NCBI GenBank assembly: GCA_963796275.1
Contig: CAWCKY010000003.1
Coordinates: 832,001-896,000 of the forward strand
Length of the DNA stretch: 64,000 nucleotides
Origin: an uncultured Acidobacteriota bacterium
Lineage (GTDB): Bacteria; Acidobacteriota; Blastocatellia; RBC074
Reading direction: 5' to 3'
A program made the position numbers and the translations under genes. The notes below the pieces were generated by a model. The model ran no database searches, had not been told where the DNA came from, and worked only from the letters and a program-made list of their open reading frames with translations. Positions within the stretch are counted from its first letter, which is position 1. Each line of letters begins with the position of its first letter. Below are positions 1-10,324 of this stretch, piece by piece.

Positions 1-520
1 TGCGGTAATCGCGGCCAGACGAATAGGGAATGTTGACGATCTCCATGCTGCTCAGCTCGTCGCCGGCGGCCGTCTTCGCCAAATCGATGGTCGGTGGTGA
101 ATTGACCACGTTTACGGAGTCGCGCACCTCCTGCTCATGATCGATGGTGATTTCAAGCTTATCGGTTTGGCCGACATTGATATCTTGTGAATCAGAAGCA
201 TAGAAGCCCTGTTTTTCAATTTTGACGCGATACAATCCCGGCATTATTTCATCGAAGCTGATCCGTCCTTTGGAATCGGTCTCACCTCGAACCTCGGTCT
301 TCGTATCGAGGCGCAACAGGGTCAATTGTGCCGCAGGCACAGGCACGCCGTTTTCATCCAAGACTGTTATTTCGATCTTTTTATTCGATCGCTGTTCCGA
401 CTCGTCCGGTATAGCGACGCCGTTTGATTCCTGGGAAAATGATTGTGTGAAAGCCAGCGCTGAGATAAATAAACAAATCGGAAACGCGAGAAGGGGGCCG
501 GCATTCATCTTATTGTTCAT
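1..520 (-). CDS. TonB-dependent receptor-like protein with N-terminal carboxypeptidase regulatory-like domain (5' part only, runs off window)
   Basis: Not in the ORF track. Manual translation from ATG 520: MNNKMNAGPLLAFPICLFISALAFTQSFSQ (signal peptide) ... ITVLDENGVPVPAAQLTL ... TDSKGRISFDEIMPGLYRVKIEKQGFY ... DSVNVVNSPPTIDLAKT ... EIVNIPYSSGRDYR. Open to base 1. Confidence 0.75.
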   Translation of the reverse strand, partial: MNNKMNAGPLLAFPICLFISALAFTQSFSQESNGVAIPDESEQRSNKKIEITVLDENGVPVPAAQLTLLRLDTKTEVRGETDSKGRISFDEIMPGLYRVKIEKQGFYASDSQDINVGQTDKLEITIDHEQEVRDSVNVVNSPPTIDLAKTAAGDELSSMEIVNIPYSSGRDYR

Positions 521-1057
521 CCTCATCCTCGCAATTGGTCGGAAGAACGCAAAGAATCTGATCGAACAACTAGACAATACTTCATACCGCATACGTACCT
601 CCATCTGCCCAAGCATTATCTGCGCCCAATTGCCGGCGCAGGAATTTTTTTTAAGCTTGCAGGTTGGGTGTCGGGGCTACTCACAAACTTGAGGGGAATT
701 TTAACCCTTTTACAGACAGATAACAGATATACCAATGAGCGCGATTTGGCAAGGAATTTAATTGTGCATTACAAATGTCTCATTCATCGTTGGCCGTGAC
801 GCCATAAACGACTCGATGTAGAATTGCGCTCAAACTGCCCCGTATACCAATCCATTTGATGATAACGGAAGACAAGGGAGTTTGGCAGTTGCCGTTTTAA
901 ACATTGTCTGCGGGGTTCGAACGAACCGCCAGCTGCCAATATATCAGAGCGAATGGTCCAGATGCCTGGCGGCGCCCTGAACGATGAAAAACGCCCGGGT
1001 AGTGGTGCGCGGCCTCCGCGCGGCTCCCAGGTAAACCCAGAGGAGGAATTAGCTTAA

Positions 1058-1273
1058 ATGCAAAATGCAAAAACGAAAGATAACGTCTCATTCGAGGTAC
1101 GGTTGACCGCCGGTCGCACTGGAACTGACCCGAATGCACCGGACTGGGAAGTTCGTGAACTCATAAACGGCATAATCAATAACGATGCGGAAGTCTATGA
1201 CAATTTGACGAGAGTAGAAGCTGATGACCTGGCTTCGATGTGGATGAGAAAGAAGGAAGAGGCAGGGGCATGA
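1058..1273 (+). CDS. small hypothetical protein (71 aa)
   Basis: GGAGGA upstream of the ATG, protein-like composition, co-directional with the downstream cupin. Confidence 0.55.
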   Translation: MQNAKTKDNVSFEVRLTAGRTGTDPNAPDWEVRELINGIINNDAEVYDNLTRVEADDLASMWMRKKEEAGA

Positions 1274-1311
1274 GGGCATGAAATGATGAAATGACATGAT
1301 AGGAGGCACCG

Positions 1312-1683
1312 ATGAAGAAAAGTTTGATCATCGTGGGAATTGTCGTGCTCTTGATCGTATGCTGGCGTTGGAGCTCGGCAATCCCACAAGAGCTGGACCC
1401 GGTGAAGGTGGCGGGAGACACCCACAAGCTGGTATTCGAGAACCGGTTCGTTCGCGTCCTGGAAACGCGCGTTCCGCCCGGTAAGAACGAGCCGCTGCAT
1501 CAGCACCCGCGCCGCGTCGTCATTTATCTATCCGATTTCCACACGCGGACCACGGAGAGAGGCGGCCAGCCTCAGGACAACCTGCGAAAATCGGGATCGG
1601 TACGCTGGAGCGATCCCATCGTCCATCAGGTGGAGAACATCGGCAAGACCGAGGGACATGTGATAAGCGTGGAATTGAAGTAA
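1312..1683 (+). CDS. exported cupin-domain protein
   Basis: AGGAGG RBS, signal peptide, cupin motifs LVFENRFVRVLE..PPG..EPLHQHP and HQVENIG. Confidence 0.8.
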   Translation: MKKSLIIVGIVVLLIVCWRWSSAIPQELDPVKVAGDTHKLVFENRFVRVLETRVPPGKNEPLHQHPRRVVIYLSDFHTRTTERGGQPQDNLRKSGSVRWSDPIVHQVENIGKTEGHVISVELK

Positions 1684-1701
1684 ACTCGGCTTGAGAGAAA
1701 T

Positions 1702-1761
1702 GAAAATAACCGCGGGAGCGGGGAATCTTGACCAATTCCCCATCTACCCGCGGTTATTTTC
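1702..1761. terminator. inverted repeat / bidirectional terminator between convergent genes
   Basis: GAAAATAACCGCGGG (1702-1716) pairs perfectly with CCCGCGGTTATTTTC (1747-1761), with an inner GGGGAAT/ATTCCCC stem. Confidence 0.65.
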
Positions 1762-1792
1762 TTTAACGTCGGCTGTCTGGTCGAGCTAAAGC

Positions 1793-2341
1793 TCAGAAGC
1801 GGAATCCAAAGCCGATACCGAATTGCAGGTTATGCGATGTGAACGAAGGTGTGGCGATGTCCGAACCGAAGTTGACGATGGTGTCGCCCAGATCGAAGCG
1901 AACGACGGTGCTCCGAGAAGGATAGAGCTCTAAGACACCACCGAGATCGAACGTGAATTGAGTTGAGGTGGTTAAGGGAGCTGCCCGATCGAACCGTGTG
2001 AATCCCGGCCTGATTTTGCCGAAGATCCCAGCCCTCTCGGAACGAATACCGGTCTTAATTCCGAACAATCCCTGGTAACTGGAGGTAGAAGCGATCAGAC
2101 CGAGGTCCTGCGGAAAGTAATTCAATTCACCTTCCACGGCAATATTGTCGGTGAAATTATACGTAAGACGCCCACCCCCGCCGGTATTGGTGTCATCGAG
2201 ATCGCTCAACCGCGTTACGACGAACTGTCCGCCGATCTCGAATTTCGGCGTGTCGTTTCGTATTTGCGCCTGCGCTAATACACTCGTTAACGTAAGCACC
2301 GCGGTAGCCGCCATTAACATTGAAAATAGTCTCTTCGACAT
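1793..2341 (-). CDS. small outer-membrane beta-barrel protein
   Basis: Signal peptide (..LAQAQ), alternating beta-strand pattern, C-terminal GFGFRF. Confidence 0.85.
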   Translation of the reverse strand: MSKRLFSMLMAATAVLTLTSVLAQAQIRNDTPKFEIGGQFVVTRLSDLDDTNTGGGGRLTYNFTDNIAVEGELNYFPQDLGLIASTSSYQGLFGIKTGIRSERAGIFGKIRPGFTRFDRAAPLTTSTQFTFDLGGVLELYPSRSTVVRFDLGDTIVNFGSDIATPSFTSHNLQFGIGFGFRF

Positions 2342-2443
2342 CTTTTTTTGATTCTCCTTGATTCTTCTACTAAGTAATTTTTGTGAGAAAAGTTATTGCA
2401 AATAACTCACTTTTTAAGGTAGGGGGAATACCCTGAGATAAAG

Positions 2444-2458
2444 GCAACTTCCAAGCCA
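2444..2458 (-). promoter_or_regulatory. sigma54 -24/-12 promoter
   Basis: Minus strand TGGCTTGGAAGTTGC (GG-N10-GC), about 100 bp upstream of the 2341 start. Confidence 0.6.
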
Positions 2459-2704
2459 GAGTTGCAAGCTTATAGGTAATTGGTTGGATCCAGCGACTTA
2501 TTCAGATAATTAAGATAATGCGTCAGCAAGATCAATCCAAGAATCTGAATTCACGATTCAAATTCTCGGATAGCCGGCGGCTTGGTATAATTGACCATCG
2601 CGTAGAATTTGGGGAATTCGTTACAACATTCAGCCAGTCGGTGAGGTCGGACGTATCTTCGTCGATGATCGAGGATACTGTCCGTATCGGTGAAATGGAG
2701 GTTT

Positions 2705-3208
2705 ATGAGAAGTTGTGCATTGTTCATTCTGGTATTTATCTTGTGTGCTCTGTCATCACAGCCCCTTTTCGCACAGAGTCAAGCCGCTGCCGGATTCGAT
2801 AAACTCAAGTCACTTGCCGGTGATTGGCAGGGCAAGGACCCGGACGGATATGATTTAAGGGTGAACTATCAGATAGTCTCGGGCGGCTCGGCATTAATCG
2901 AGACGCTACAAAACGCAAACGAGCCGAGCATGGTCACCCTCTATCATATGGACGGCGATAAGCTCATGGTGACGCATTATTGCTCTAGCGGTACCCAACC
3001 TCGGATGGTTGCGGAGACGCCGGCAGCCGAGGTCAAAAATTTGAACTTCAAATTTTTTGATATAACCAACCTTGCGAAACCGGATGCCGGTCACATGCGA
3101 AGTCTTGCCGTCACTTTCCAGGACCCGGATCATATCCGGCAGGTGTGGACCTGGCGATTGGATGGAAAAGATCAGATAACGACTTTCGACCTGGAGCGAA
3201 AAAAATAG
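2705..3208 (+). CDS. exported hypothetical protein (beta-rich, lipocalin-like guess)
   Basis: GGAGG RBS before ATG 2705, signal peptide, FDKLKSLAGDWQG, THYC..G.QPRM. Confidence 0.75.
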   Translation: MRSCALFILVFILCALSSQPLFAQSQAAAGFDKLKSLAGDWQGKDPDGYDLRVNYQIVSGGSALIETLQNANEPSMVTLYHMDGDKLMVTHYCSSGTQPRMVAETPAAEVKNLNFKFFDITNLAKPDAGHMRSLAVTFQDPDHIRQVWTWRLDGKDQITTFDLERKK

Positions 3209-3427
3209 GTCTGAAAAAGATACCTGAGTGAAGAAAACCCAAAATGACGGATGGCGCAAATAGTTTTTTTTGTTTTTTTGGCTTCTTTTTTGCCATTTTT
3301 GCTAACCATTTGCTCTCGTCAATAGCCCTGATATCAAATGCTCGAAACCTTTAGCTCTGCTATTTCGTCTTTGCAGTTTACGGTCATTTCAATATAAATC
3401 TGTTTTAAAGTGGTTTAATAAGCGGTA

Positions 3428-4739
3428 ATGACAGATCTATCGAAGACCAAGACAGAAGTCGGTAATTATTTTGTCTCCAACTATCCACCGTTTTCACAGT
3501 GGAAAGCCGAATATCTACCGAATGCAATTGAAGCGCTTGATCAATCCCCGCGCACTGGAGACCCGCTCGGTCTGTATCTCCACATCCCTTTTTGCCGAAA
3601 GCGATGCAAATTCTGCTACTTCAAAGTCTACACGGACAAGAACGCAGCTGAGATCGAACTCTACCTCAAAGCGCTGATCAAAGAGAACGAAATCTACAGC
3701 CGGACGCGAGCTTTCGCGGGCCGACAGTTGCGATTCGCATACTTCGGTGGCGGCACGCCTTCTTACATCAGCGAAAGGCAGCTTCGCTTTCTCGTCGACG
3801 GGCTCAACCGGCATATTGGCTGGGAGAACGCGGAAGAGGTCACATTCGAATGCGAGCCGGGGACCTTACGAAAGTCGAAGCTCGAAACGCTTAAGGATAT
3901 CGGGGTCACGCGGCTGAGCCTCGGTATCGAGCATTTCGACGATAGAATTCTTGAGGCGAACGGCCGCGCTCATCTCTCGCCCGAGATTTACCAGGCTTAC
4001 AGCTGGGCGCGCGAAGTCGATTTTCCGCAGATCAATATTGATCTCATCGCCGGCATGATGGGTGAATCGGAGGAGACGTGGCGCGAAGCCGTCCGGCGCG
4101 CGATCGAATTGCAGCCCGATTCGGTCACGATTTACCAGATGGAGCTCCCTTACAATACCGTCATCTCGCAGGAGATGATCAGTAAAGGGCTCGATTCGCC
4201 GATTGCCGATTGGCCCACGAAACGGCGCTGGGTCGATTATGCGTTCGAGCAGTTCCAGGAGCGCGGTTACCGTATCGCGAGCGCCTACACGCTCGCCACC
4301 ACGAAGAAACCCTGCCGATTCATCTACACCGATGCGCTCTGGCACGGCGGCGACATGATCGGGCTCGGCGTTTCGTCGTTCTCTCATTTCGGCGGCGTGC
4401 ATTTTCAGAACGCCCATAATTTTGAAGAATATCTTCGGCTTCTCGAAAGCGAAAATTTGCCGCTCTGGCGCGCTCTGCCGTTGACGCCGAAGCAGAAACT
4501 CATTCGCGAGATGATTCTCCAGCTTAAGACTGGGGCGCTCGATACTCTCTATTTCCAGCGCAAATTCGGCGTCGATGTCTGGCAAGAATTTCAAAATACT
4601 TTATGAACGGCTGACTCAGGAGCGATTGCTCGAACACAATAAAGAGACGATCGATCTCACTCGCCCTGGGATACTGCAGGTCGATCACTTCCTCTCCGAA
4701 TTCTTTGAACCCGAATCGAAAACTGTTCGGTATACATAA
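3428..4739 (+). CDS. HemN/coproporphyrinogen-III-oxidase-like radical SAM protein (one frameshift near 4595-4601)
   Basis: CRKRCKFC cluster motif and GGGTPS. Removing one base at CAAAATACTTTATGA extends the frame through YERLTQERLL..LTRPGILQVDHFLSEFFEPESKTVRYT to TAA 4739, 11 nt before the next gene. Confidence 0.85.
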
Positions 4740-4750
4740 AAATCTTTACT

Positions 4751-6124
4751 ATGGGAATACATACTAGCGATACAAAAAATGGCAATGAATATGATGTGAT
4801 AGTTGTGGGCGGCGGTCCGGCCGGGAGCTCTGTCGCCAGCATCCTCGCGCGCGAGGGCCGCAAGGTCGTGCTTTTCGAAAAGGAGCAATTTCCGCGTCAT
4901 CACATTGGCGAATCACTGATGACCGACACCTATTGGACGTTTCAGCGTATGGGTTTTCTGGACAAGCTCAAAGCGAGCCCATTCGTCCGCAAATATAGCG
5001 TTCAGTTCGCCAATCCGGCGGGCAGAGAGTCGCGTCCCTTCTATTTCTTCGAAGCCAACCATCACGAGAGCGCGGTGACTTGGCAGGTGACTCGTGCGGT
5101 ATTCGACCATATGTTGATCGAGCACGCGCAGGAACAAGGCGCGACCGTTTATCAGCGTAGCCCGGTCAAGCAGTTGCTTTTCGAGGGCGACCGCGCTCGC
5201 GGCGTCGAGGTGCAGCTGGAGGACGGCTCGCTTCACAGGTTCCACGCGCAGGTCGTCATCGATGCGACTGGACAGAGCGCGATGCTCTCGAACAAATTCC
5301 GCTGGCGCGTGCGCGATCCCAACCTGAAGAAAGCGGTGCTTTATTCATATTTCAAAGGCGCGCATCGCGAACCGGACCTCAATGGCGGCGCGACGCTCGT
5401 GCTGCGAACCGCTGCCGGAAGCAATGGATGGTTCTGGTATATCCCGCTCGAAAACGACATCACGAGCGTCGGCATCGTCGCCAATCCCGAATACCTGGTC
5501 AAAGGGCGCGGTCAGGATCTGGCGAAGATATTTCATGAGGAGATCGAAAAATGTGATCCGGTCAGCCGCCGCCTCACCGAAGCCACTCGGGCGGATAAGA
5601 TCTATTCGATCCTCGATTATTCCTACCGCTCAAAAAAATGTGCCGGCGACGGGTTCATGCTGATCGGCGACGCCTACGGCTTTCTCGATCCGATCTATTC
5701 CTCCGGCGTACTGCTGGCGTTAAAGATGGCCGAGTTGGCGGCCGATGCGATTCACGACGCTTTCAAGCATCAGGATTTCTCCGCCGAAAGGCTCGGTCAG
5801 TTTCAGACCAAACTGGATAAAGGCATCGAGTCGATGCGCAAGCTCGTCTACGCATTTTATACCGAGGGATTCAGCTTTTCGCAGTTCCTCAGGAAATATC
5901 CCGATGAACGCGTCAACATCATCAATCTTCTGATCGGCGATGTCTTCCGGGAAGATGTGGATGACCCGTACGGACCGATGTCGGATTTCGCCGAGATTCC
6001 GCCACCGCTCTACGAACAGATACATTCCGTTGGACAGGTAAGCAATGGATCGGCGAGCGCCAAGACCCACGAAGATATCCTTTCCGCAACATACGTCGAT
6101 TACGACGATCGAGCGGCTACCTGA
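4751..6124 (+). CDS. FAD-dependent oxidoreductase, flavin-dependent halogenase-like
   Basis: GGGPAG FAD motif, FPRHHIGESL, FVRK lysine, GWFWYIP (WxWxIP), FLDPIYSSG. Confidence 0.85.
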   Translation: MGIHTSDTKNGNEYDVIVVGGGPAGSSVASILAREGRKVVLFEKEQFPRHHIGESLMTDTYWTFQRMGFLDKLKASPFVRKYSVQFANPAGRESRPFYFFEANHHESAVTWQVTRAVFDHMLIEHAQEQGATVYQRSPVKQLLFEGDRARGVEVQLEDGSLHRFHAQVVIDATGQSAMLSNKFRWRVRDPNLKKAVLYSYFKGAHREPDLNGGATLVLRTAAGSNGWFWYIPLENDITSVGIVANPEYLVKGRGQDLAKIFHEEIEKCDPVSRRLTEATRADKIYSILDYSYRSKKCAGDGFMLIGDAYGFLDPIYSSGVLLALKMAELAADAIHDAFKHQDFSAERLGQFQTKLDKGIESMRKLVYAFYTEGFSFSQFLRKYPDERVNIINLLIGDVFREDVDDPYGPMSDFAEIPPPLYEQIHSVGQVSNGSASAKTHEDILSATYVDYDDRAAT

Positions 6125-6367
6125 GCAATATTCGCGACAAAAAGGTCGAGGGGATCAAAAGCAGATAATTTTTGATTCCCTTTTGTCTGTTATGGTCAAT
6201 GTCCGCTCATAATTTAGTCCGTTTGCATGTGCGAAACATTGTATCTTGAATTATACTTAGGTCGAACTTGCCTGACCGGCTTTCTCAATTGAATATCGCC
6301 TATCAGCCTGCCGGAATCTTCTGAGATATAGCGGTTGTAAAGCGATCTAACAAAGAAGGAAAAGAAA

Positions 6368-7045
6368 ATGTCGACTCAGAATTGTGCCAAAAAATTTCAA
6401 GGCCCTGCATCCGTCTGGGCCGGTATATCACGCTTTCTGGCTTTGCCATTGCTATTGGCTATTATGGCAATGCCCATGCTGGGGCAGGAGGCGAAGACTA
6501 CTCCGAGGATGACGGAGAAGGACCGCGAGAATGCGATCGCCCAACTCAATGCATCACGCGAGAAGTTCATCGCAGCGGTTTCCCAATTATCTGAGGCGCA
6601 GTTGAAGTTCAAGTCTGCTCCCGACAGATGGTCGGTCGCCGAGGTCGCGGAGCACATAACGCTATCTGAAGACTTCTTATTCAACACCCTTACTGAGAAA
6701 GGATTGAAATCTCCGCTGACGCCGGAGAAGGAGAGAAAATTCACCGACGAACAGATCCTGGTGATGGTGACCAACAGGGGCAACAAATTCCCGGCGCCCG
6801 ATCCGCTCAAACCGGCCGGCAAATGGTCGAGCATGGCCGAGACTATGAAGGAATTTGACAAGCGACGTGCTCGGACTATCGATCTTGTGAAGACGACAGA
6901 TATTGATCTGCGCAGTCATTTCGTGGCTTTCGGCAATGCTGAGATCGATGCATTGCAGTGGACGCTATTTCTCAGCGGGCACTGCGAGAGGCATACCGCG
7001 CAGATCAATGAGGTGAAGGCTGATCCGAATTTCCCGAAGAAGTAA
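6368..7045 (+). CDS. DinB-family protein with N-terminal signal peptide
   Basis: WSVAEVAEHI and HCERHTAQI His motifs; hydrophobic leader ending ..MLG/QE. Confidence 0.8.
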   Translation: MSTQNCAKKFQGPASVWAGISRFLALPLLLAIMAMPMLGQEAKTTPRMTEKDRENAIAQLNASREKFIAAVSQLSEAQLKFKSAPDRWSVAEVAEHITLSEDFLFNTLTEKGLKSPLTPEKERKFTDEQILVMVTNRGNKFPAPDPLKPAGKWSSMAETMKEFDKRRARTIDLVKTTDIDLRSHFVAFGNAEIDALQWTLFLSGHCERHTAQINEVKADPNFPKK

Positions 7046-7062
7046 CCGTAAATGAGAAGCGG

Positions 7063-7152
7063 AATTCACCACAAAAACACAAATAGACGAAAGCAGAGAG
7101 ATAAAAAAATCGAAATGGTGTTTTTGTACTACTGTGAATTTTGTGGTGAATT
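7063..7152. repeat. inverted-repeat element between convergent genes
   Basis: AATTCACCACAAAA (7063-7076) and TTTTGTGGTGAATT (7139-7152), 14-bp perfect arms with A-rich/T-rich interior. Confidence 0.65.
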
Positions 7153-7154
7153 AT

Positions 7155-7865
7155 TTATTTGGCGTCGTGGAAGATGATTCCCAGACAATACCGTATCCCT
7201 GATCTCAGACGGCTCACGCCATGCCGCATATTCACGCGATAATCCCCGCGCGTACCGCTGACCGGTCGCAAACGATTGGGAAAGATGATGAATTGACCCC
7301 GTTCGATCGTGATCGCCTCCGCCCGGGTCTGAGCCCGCGGACGCTGTTCGGCGAGTAGAAATTCGCCCCCGGTGAAGTCTCGTCCGTGCATACTCAGCAC
7401 GCAAGCCGCCTGCAGCGGGAAGGCAACCTCGCCGTACAAATCCTGGTGGAGACAGTTGTAATCATCCGTTTCGTACCGCAGGACAAGCGGTGTCGGTTTC
7501 GTCTGGCGATGTTGATGGCAATGCCCGATGAATTCCGCCAGCGTTGCCGGATAGCTGGATGGCTGTCGCAAACGCGGCATCCATCGATTGGCGATCTGCG
7601 CGAGCGGCGAGTATAAGTGCTCACGCAATTCCATCACAATTTGCGGCAATGGATTGGCGAAATATCGATATTCGCCGCGGCCGAAATTATGACGCTCCAT
7701 CACGATTCGGCTGCGAAATATTTCATCACTGGCGTATATATCGATTATTTCTTGGCACTCAGCCGCTCTTAGGAGAGATGGTGTGAGGGCATAGCCGGAT
7801 CGATTGAGCTCATCATCAATCGATACCCAGTCGAGTCTCTCAATTCTATCTTTGATAGATAACAT
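7155..7865 (-). CDS. 2OG-Fe(II) oxygenase (DUF2086 / Oxygenase-NA type)
   Basis: YNCLHQDLYGE (HxD), GGEFLL.EQRPR.Q, MRHGVS, GIIFHDA; 3 nt downstream of ada. Confidence 0.85.
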   Translation of the reverse strand: MLSIKDRIERLDWVSIDDELNRSGYALTPSLLRAAECQEIIDIYASDEIFRSRIVMERHNFGRGEYRYFANPLPQIVMELREHLYSPLAQIANRWMPRLRQPSSYPATLAEFIGHCHQHRQTKPTPLVLRYETDDYNCLHQDLYGEVAFPLQAACVLSMHGRDFTGGEFLLAEQRPRAQTRAEAITIERGQFIIFPNRLRPVSGTRGDYRVNMRHGVSRLRSGIRYCLGIIFHDAK

Positions 7866-7868
7866 CGC

Positions 7869-8969
7869 TCAGTCAGACTTCCTCTCCATCTCCAATAGCT
7901 TGCGTTTACGCTCGATCCCCCAGCGATATCCGCCGAGATCGCCGTTCTCTCGAATTATGCGATGGCACGGAGTGACTAGCGCCACCGGATTTGCCGCGCA
8001 TGCGCGCGCAACGGCGCGCGTTGCGGTGGGCTGACCAATACGGCGGGCGATTTCGCCGTAAGATGCCGTATTTCCCGCAGGGATTCGGCGCAGCTCTTCC
8101 CAGACCCGTTTTTGAAAAGCAGTCCCCTGATCATCCAGGGGCAGTGCGGGGTGCGGCATTTCCCCTTCGAGATATGCGAGTAATGTTTGAATCAGTTCTC
8201 TGAGACGATTTTCGTCAGGCTCGATATCGGCCTGCGGATATTCTTCTCGCAATTTCTCGCGCAGTTCTTCATTCCGATCTCCGAGTGTGACGGAGCAAAT
8301 TCCCCTGTCGGTCGCAGCGACCAGTAACCGGCCGAGCGGACAATCGACGATTGCATAATTTATCTTCATTCCTGCTCCTCCTTTGCCGTAAGTGGCGGGG
8401 GTCATCCCGAGTTGCGCAGATGCCTTTTCATATAACCTGCTGCTCGATCCGTAGCCCGCCTCGTAAATTGCCCCGGTAACGGACTGCCCCGATTTAATCC
8501 GGTCTTTAAACTTCTGGGCGCGGCGAGCTTCGGCATACTGGCGGGGCGTTATCCCCATCAACTTTTTGAAGATGCGTTGCAGATGATACTGGCTGACCTT
8601 GATCTCCTGGCCGATTCTCTCGAGGTTCGGGTGTTCTTCAAGATTGAGATCGATAAAACGGCATACGCTCTCCACCAGCTCAGCCTGCGGATCACGCAGA
8701 AGAAGTTCATCGGGCCGGCAGCGCAGACAGGCGCGAAAACCGGCGTGGCGAGCCGCTTCCGGCAGTGCGAAGAAAACCACATTCTCCCGTTTCGGCTGGC
8801 GCGATGGACAGGCGGGACGGCAGAAGACGCCGGTCGACCGCACACCGTACCAGAATATCCCGTCATACTCGGCGTCGCGCGTCTGAATCGCCTCCCAGAA
8901 TGTCTGTACTTCTCCCTGAGGGAATAAAGATTCCCCCCTCGCGCTTATCTTGTCTGATATATTGTTCAT
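7869..8969 (-). CDS. ada: bifunctional Ada regulator / O6-methylguanine-DNA methyltransferase
   Basis: N-terminal zinc motif CRPACPSR..CLRC, AraC HTH (HLQRIFKKLMGITP), GTAFQ, active-site PCHR; GGAGGA RBS before ATG 8969. Confidence 0.95.
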   Translation of the reverse strand: MNNISDKISARGESLFPQGEVQTFWEAIQTRDAEYDGIFWYGVRSTGVFCRPACPSRQPKRENVVFFALPEAARHAGFRACLRCRPDELLLRDPQAELVESVCRFIDLNLEEHPNLERIGQEIKVSQYHLQRIFKKLMGITPRQYAEARRAQKFKDRIKSGQSVTGAIYEAGYGSSSRLYEKASAQLGMTPATYGKGGAGMKINYAIVDCPLGRLLVAATDRGICSVTLGDRNEELREKLREEYPQADIEPDENRLRELIQTLLAYLEGEMPHPALPLDDQGTAFQKRVWEELRRIPAGNTASYGEIARRIGQPTATRAVARACAANPVALVTPCHRIIRENGDLGGYRWGIERKRKLLEMERKSD

Positions 8970-9026
8970 CGTTCTTTCCTCCGAGTGAGAACTTATCACT
9001 CGGTTTCACCTGAATCTATCCGATTC

Positions 9027-9039
9027 TTGCGATGCAATT
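9027..9039 (-). promoter_or_regulatory. Ada box (AAT-N6-GCAA)
   Basis: Minus strand AAT TGCATC GCAA GA upstream of ada, matching the E. coli box A / box B spacing. Confidence 0.7.
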
Positions 9040-9066
9040 GACGGGTTGTAGGTAACCGATTAAACT
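9038..9066 (+). promoter_or_regulatory. sigma70 promoter of the CGNR gene
   Basis: TTGACG-N17-TAAACT. Confidence 0.6.
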
Positions 9067-9131
9067 TCTGTTTGCCAGTTACATGGTAAAGTTAATAGTA
9101 AAACGACGCCATCGCGGAATGAAAGTCAGAT

Positions 9132-9791
9132 ATGAAGCTGAATGATAGACCGGCTGCCAAGATAAAACTGATTGGCGGAAGGTTGTGTCTTGATTTCGCC
9201 AACACTGTCGGCGGTCGTGTTGCCTCGTCGACCGCTAAGAAGGGCGTCGAGGCATACGAACTGCGTGACGACAAACTGGCCGATTACTACGATCTGCTGG
9301 CGTGGAGCATGCGGGTGGGGCTATTGGCTGATGAGGCCGCAACTAGGCTCGCGCGAGATGCGAAGCTGCGCGGATCGGAGGCGTCGGAGGTCTGGGAACG
9401 TGCTATCGCGCTGCGCGAAGTAGTCTATCGCATATCGCTGGCGGTTATGAGCGAAACTCAGCCGCGCGCAAAAGATATTGAGCTGTTGAATCGAGAACTG
9501 GCGGTCGCACGCGGTCGCATGATATTGGCCCGTGACGAGGAGGGAAACTTTTTCTGGAAGTGGAATGAGACGAAGGACTCGCTGGATCAGATGCTCTGGC
9601 GGGTAGCGGATTCGGCTGCGGAGATGCTGACCGCAAGCGATCTGACGCGCCTGCGCCGATGCCACGGCGAGAATTGCGGCTGGCTCTTCGAGGATACGAG
9701 CCGTAACCGCAGCCGGCAATGGTGTGATATGCAGGATTGCGGCAACATCGCCAAGGTGCGGCGCTTCCGCTCGCGGATGCGTAATAATTGA
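9132..9791 (+). CDS. ABATE-domain / CGNR zinc-finger regulator
   Basis: GGRLCLDFANT; C..ENCGWLFEDTSRNRSRQWCDMQDCGN.AK. Confidence 0.92.
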   Translation: MKLNDRPAAKIKLIGGRLCLDFANTVGGRVASSTAKKGVEAYELRDDKLADYYDLLAWSMRVGLLADEAATRLARDAKLRGSEASEVWERAIALREVVYRISLAVMSETQPRAKDIELLNRELAVARGRMILARDEEGNFFWKWNETKDSLDQMLWRVADSAAEMLTASDLTRLRRCHGENCGWLFEDTSRNRSRQWCDMQDCGNIAKVRRFRSRMRNN

Positions 9792-10324
9792 GAATTGAAC
9801 CTCAGCATTCATCTATCAATTGAATCACGTAAATCGCATATAATCGCGTAGAGCTAGACCAACATGTCCGCCCGGTTCGCGGGGCGTTGCTCCGTTACGC
9901 AGTGGTTCCCGCCCTATACCAATTTCTCAAATTCAAAATCACACTGCGGCTGACCTTCGTGTCTGCCCGGGATTCCAATAATTGGTGCGATCTCTCTGAG
10001 GTTTTCAGTGAGGCCTGCATCTCTAAAACTGAGATCAACTTTCAACTGTCATTCGACTGAGTGGCAAATGTTTTCTAAGTCGTTTATAATGAATGCTGAG
10101 ATTAGCGGAAAGAGAGAGCTTTTAGGGAATGGGATATTCGACGATGAAGTAAATCTGGGTTTATTTCATGTAAGCATTATCATCCACAGCAGCGAACTTC
10201 GACCTTCCTCCTGACTTTGAGACCCCAACCGGAATACACCAGCATAACTCAGAAAATTCATCGTGAGCTTCTCTCATACGAGGTGTATTCGAAAAGCACT
10301 GTTAAGTAATGGAGATAGGAGTTC

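Noticed and set aside
613-627. Possible sigma54 promoter (minus GGGCGCAGATAATGC) for the TonB-dependent receptor
   Set aside because: GG-N10-GC spacing is right but both boxes deviate from consensus; too weak to call.
222-692. 156-aa plus-strand ORF
   Set aside because: Antisense to the real minus-strand receptor gene.
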